From positions 26,472 to 90,471 of the forward strand of contig JAFSID010000102.1 of NCBI GenBank assembly GCA_017439965.1: DNA of 64,000 nt, in the 5' to 3' direction. A program made the position numbers and the translations under genes. The notes beneath the pieces are model-generated. The model was not told the DNA's origin. It saw only the letters and a list, made by a program, of their open reading frames with translations, and did no database searches. This document shows, in pieces, positions 62,542-64,000 of the stretch. Positions within the stretch are counted from its first letter, which is position 1. Every line of letters starts with the position of its first letter. This stretch comes from Clostridia bacterium (GTDB lineage Bacteria; Bacillota; Clostridia; Oscillospirales; SIG627).

Positions 62542-63399
62542 ATGCAGGGAATATCCAACTTTTTCCGTGACCTCGGCAATTTGTTTTCAGGCTTCGGCTT
62601 TGTTGACGTTATCGACATTGTCGTCGTTGCCTTAGTCCTCTATTATCTGATAATATTCATTTACGACAGACGTGCAGGAAAGCTTGCAGTGGGCGTAGGC
62701 TTACTGTTTTTATCGCTTGCCATAAGCACCGCCTTTGAATTTAAGGTACTGGCGTATATGCTGAAAAACATAGTGCAGGTCGGAATCATCGCTTTATTCA
62801 TTCTATTCCAGCCCGAGCTTCGTACCATGCTTGAAAAAATGGGTAACGAGTCGGTGCGTAACTTCAAGCTTCGTGATAACAGCGAGGATACAGAGACGAT
62901 CAAGATGATTGAAACTCTCGCGACGGCTGCCGAGGAGCTTTCGGCATCGGGCACGGGCGCGCTCATTGTAATCGAACGCGGAACAAAGCTCGGTGACACC
63001 ATCAAGACGGGTATCGTCATCGACGCCGACGTCAACCTCTATCTCATCAAGAACATATTTTTCAACAAAGCGCCTCTTCACGACGGCGCGATGATAATCC
63101 GAGGCAACAGAATACACGCCTGCGGATGCTTCCTTCCCCTCTCCTACAACACCGACATCATCCGAAACGTCGGCACGCGTCACAGAGCCGCCATCGGTAT
63201 GAGTGAAAACAGCGACGCGCTCGTCGTTGCGGTATCCGAGGAAAACGGAATTATTTCAATAGCTCAGGGCGGTAAGCTTACCCGTAACTTTGACAAGGCG
63301 GGTCTTATCAAGGAGCTTTCCGCAAACCTCCTTGAGCCTCAGCGCACTAAGAAGAGACTTATTCCCAAGAGACCGAGAAAGGAGACGAAGGATGAATAA
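62542..63399 (+). CDS. cdaA: diadenylate cyclase CdaA
   Basis: 285 aa. N-terminal TM helices, DAC domain motifs ..PLHDGAMII.. and GTRHRAA. Confidence 0.93.
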   Translation: MQGISNFFRDLGNLFSGFGFVDVIDIVVVALVLYYLIIFIYDRRAGKLAVGVGLLFLSLAISTAFEFKVLAYMLKNIVQVGIIALFILFQPELRTMLEKMGNESVRNFKLRDNSEDTETIKMIETLATAAEELSASGTGALIVIERGTKLGDTIKTGIVIDADVNLYLIKNIFFNKAPLHDGAMIIRGNRIHACGCFLPLSYNTDIIRNVGTRHRAAIGMSENSDALVVAVSEENGIISIAQGGKLTRNFDKAGLIKELSANLLEPQRTKKRLIPKRPRKETKDE

Positions 63400-64000
63400 C
63401 GTCAAGACTGAATGGAACAGCACCAAAACCAAAAAGCTCATAATATTTATCTGCTCGGTCGTATGCTCGGTGTTTCTCTGGATGTACGTTACGAGCGTCG
63501 AAAGTCCCACCTACGAGGCATCCTTCACCAACGTTTCGGTCACCTATGAAAACCGCGACGTTTTACGCCGCGACTACGAATTATCCCTTCTTACCACTGC
63601 CGAATACACAACGGACATAAAGCTTTCGGGAAAGAAGAGCACCTTCAACAAGATTGACCCCTCGGACATCAAGGCGTATATCGACCTTTCGGCAATAACC
63701 GAGGCCGGCACCTATGAGCTTCCCATAACCGTTTCCGCTCCCGACGGCACCTCCGTCAAGGAATACGAGCCCCATCTTGCAACCGTAGTTGTTGACAAAA
63801 CCGTTACGGTTGAATTTCCGATTGAAGCAAGCGTTACCTACTCAAATCTTCCCTCGGCGTATTCGGTGGGAGATTACATCATCACCGATTCCTCCTCCAA
63901 GGAGATAAAGAAGGTCTACGTCAGCGGTCCCAAGAGTGAAATTGATTCAATTGCAAGAATCGTTGCAACCGTTGACTTCGGTCCCGTCGATTCAAGCGTC
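63392..64000 (+). CDS. cdaR: CdaA regulatory protein CdaR (YbbR-like domains), 3' end cut by window edge
   Basis: Not in the track because it is open-ended. The ATG at 63392 overlaps the cdaA stop. My translation MNNVKTEWNSTKTKKLIIFICSVVCSVFLWMYVTSVESPTY... runs 203 codons with no stop to base 64000. Position after cdaA is canonical. Confidence 0.85.
   Translation, partial: MNNVKTEWNSTKTKKLIIFICSVVCSVFLWMYVTSVESPTYEASFTNVSVTYENRDVLRRDYELSLLTTAEYTTDIKLSGKKSTFNKIDPSDIKAYIDLSAITEAGTYELPITVSAPDGTSVKEYEPHLATVVVDKTVTVEFPIEASVTYSNLPSAYSVGDYIITDSSSKEIKKVYVSGPKSEIDSIARIVATVDFGPVDSSV

Noticed and set aside
1-64000. Search by eye for rRNA, tRNA, CRISPR arrays, transposases, integrases, phage structural genes and toxin-antitoxin pairs.
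   Set aside because: None was found. All intergenic regions longer than 100 bp were read and are accounted for by promoters, terminators or the repeats reported above. A tRNAscan/Infernal run would be the decisive check.

Overview
This 64-kb window looks like chromosomal DNA from a Gram-positive anaerobe. Gene content, SLH proteins, short-form hisG plus hisZ, and cdaA-cdaR suggest Clostridia, possibly Oscillospiraceae/Ruminococcaceae, but that taxonomic call is inference only. I can support about 54 protein-coding genes.

Most genes are housekeeping:
- the start of the dcw cluster (mraZ-rsmH), then coaD and rsmD
- an AlaA-type aminotransferase and a class II FBP aldolase
- a complete his operon headed by a YerC/TrpR-like gene (yerC-hisZGDCBHAF-IE)
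- gpmI and tadA
- an 11.7-kb run of eight genes, hprK-glcK-murB-whiA-dnaE-PBP1A-CPBP-hypothetical-tadA; only a 29-nt gap separates hprK from glcK, and the other seven overlap start to stop
- tex, an MsmX/UgpC-like ATPase, a DUF3343 plus cysteine-desulfurase pair, and cdaA-cdaR

Accessory content:
- GH127, M20, a GH39-like hydrolase and a PHP-domain gene
- DUF1846 and an FGE/SUMF1-like protein
- two tandem transglutaminase-SLH paralogs
- a TetR plus P-type ATPase pair and an EF-G paralog
- an ABC-DUF1854-ABC operon

I saw no rRNA, tRNA, CRISPR array, transposase or integrase.

The clearest foreign region is 5134-8500, wedged between fba and GH127 and visibly AT-richer than its flanks. It has four notable parts:
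1. A perfect 50-bp direct repeat duplicates the fba 3' end and brackets a 635-bp insert that has no integrase.
2. That insert carries XRE-type operators, a dense hairpin cluster that folds as two tandem four-way junctions, and a small XRE gene.
3. Next to it is a controller-HTH / EcoRI-like m6A methyltransferase / DUF262-HNH nuclease module, with the methyltransferase and nuclease translationally coupled.
4. The methyltransferase contains an EF-hand/dockerin-like loop.

Other observations worth a second look are a three-copy intergenic hairpin element with compensatory base changes, a frameshifted lipoprotein gene, and a terminator-like hairpin in the DUF1846 leader.

All calls come from reading the sequence and the ORF track. 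No database search or folding program was run.
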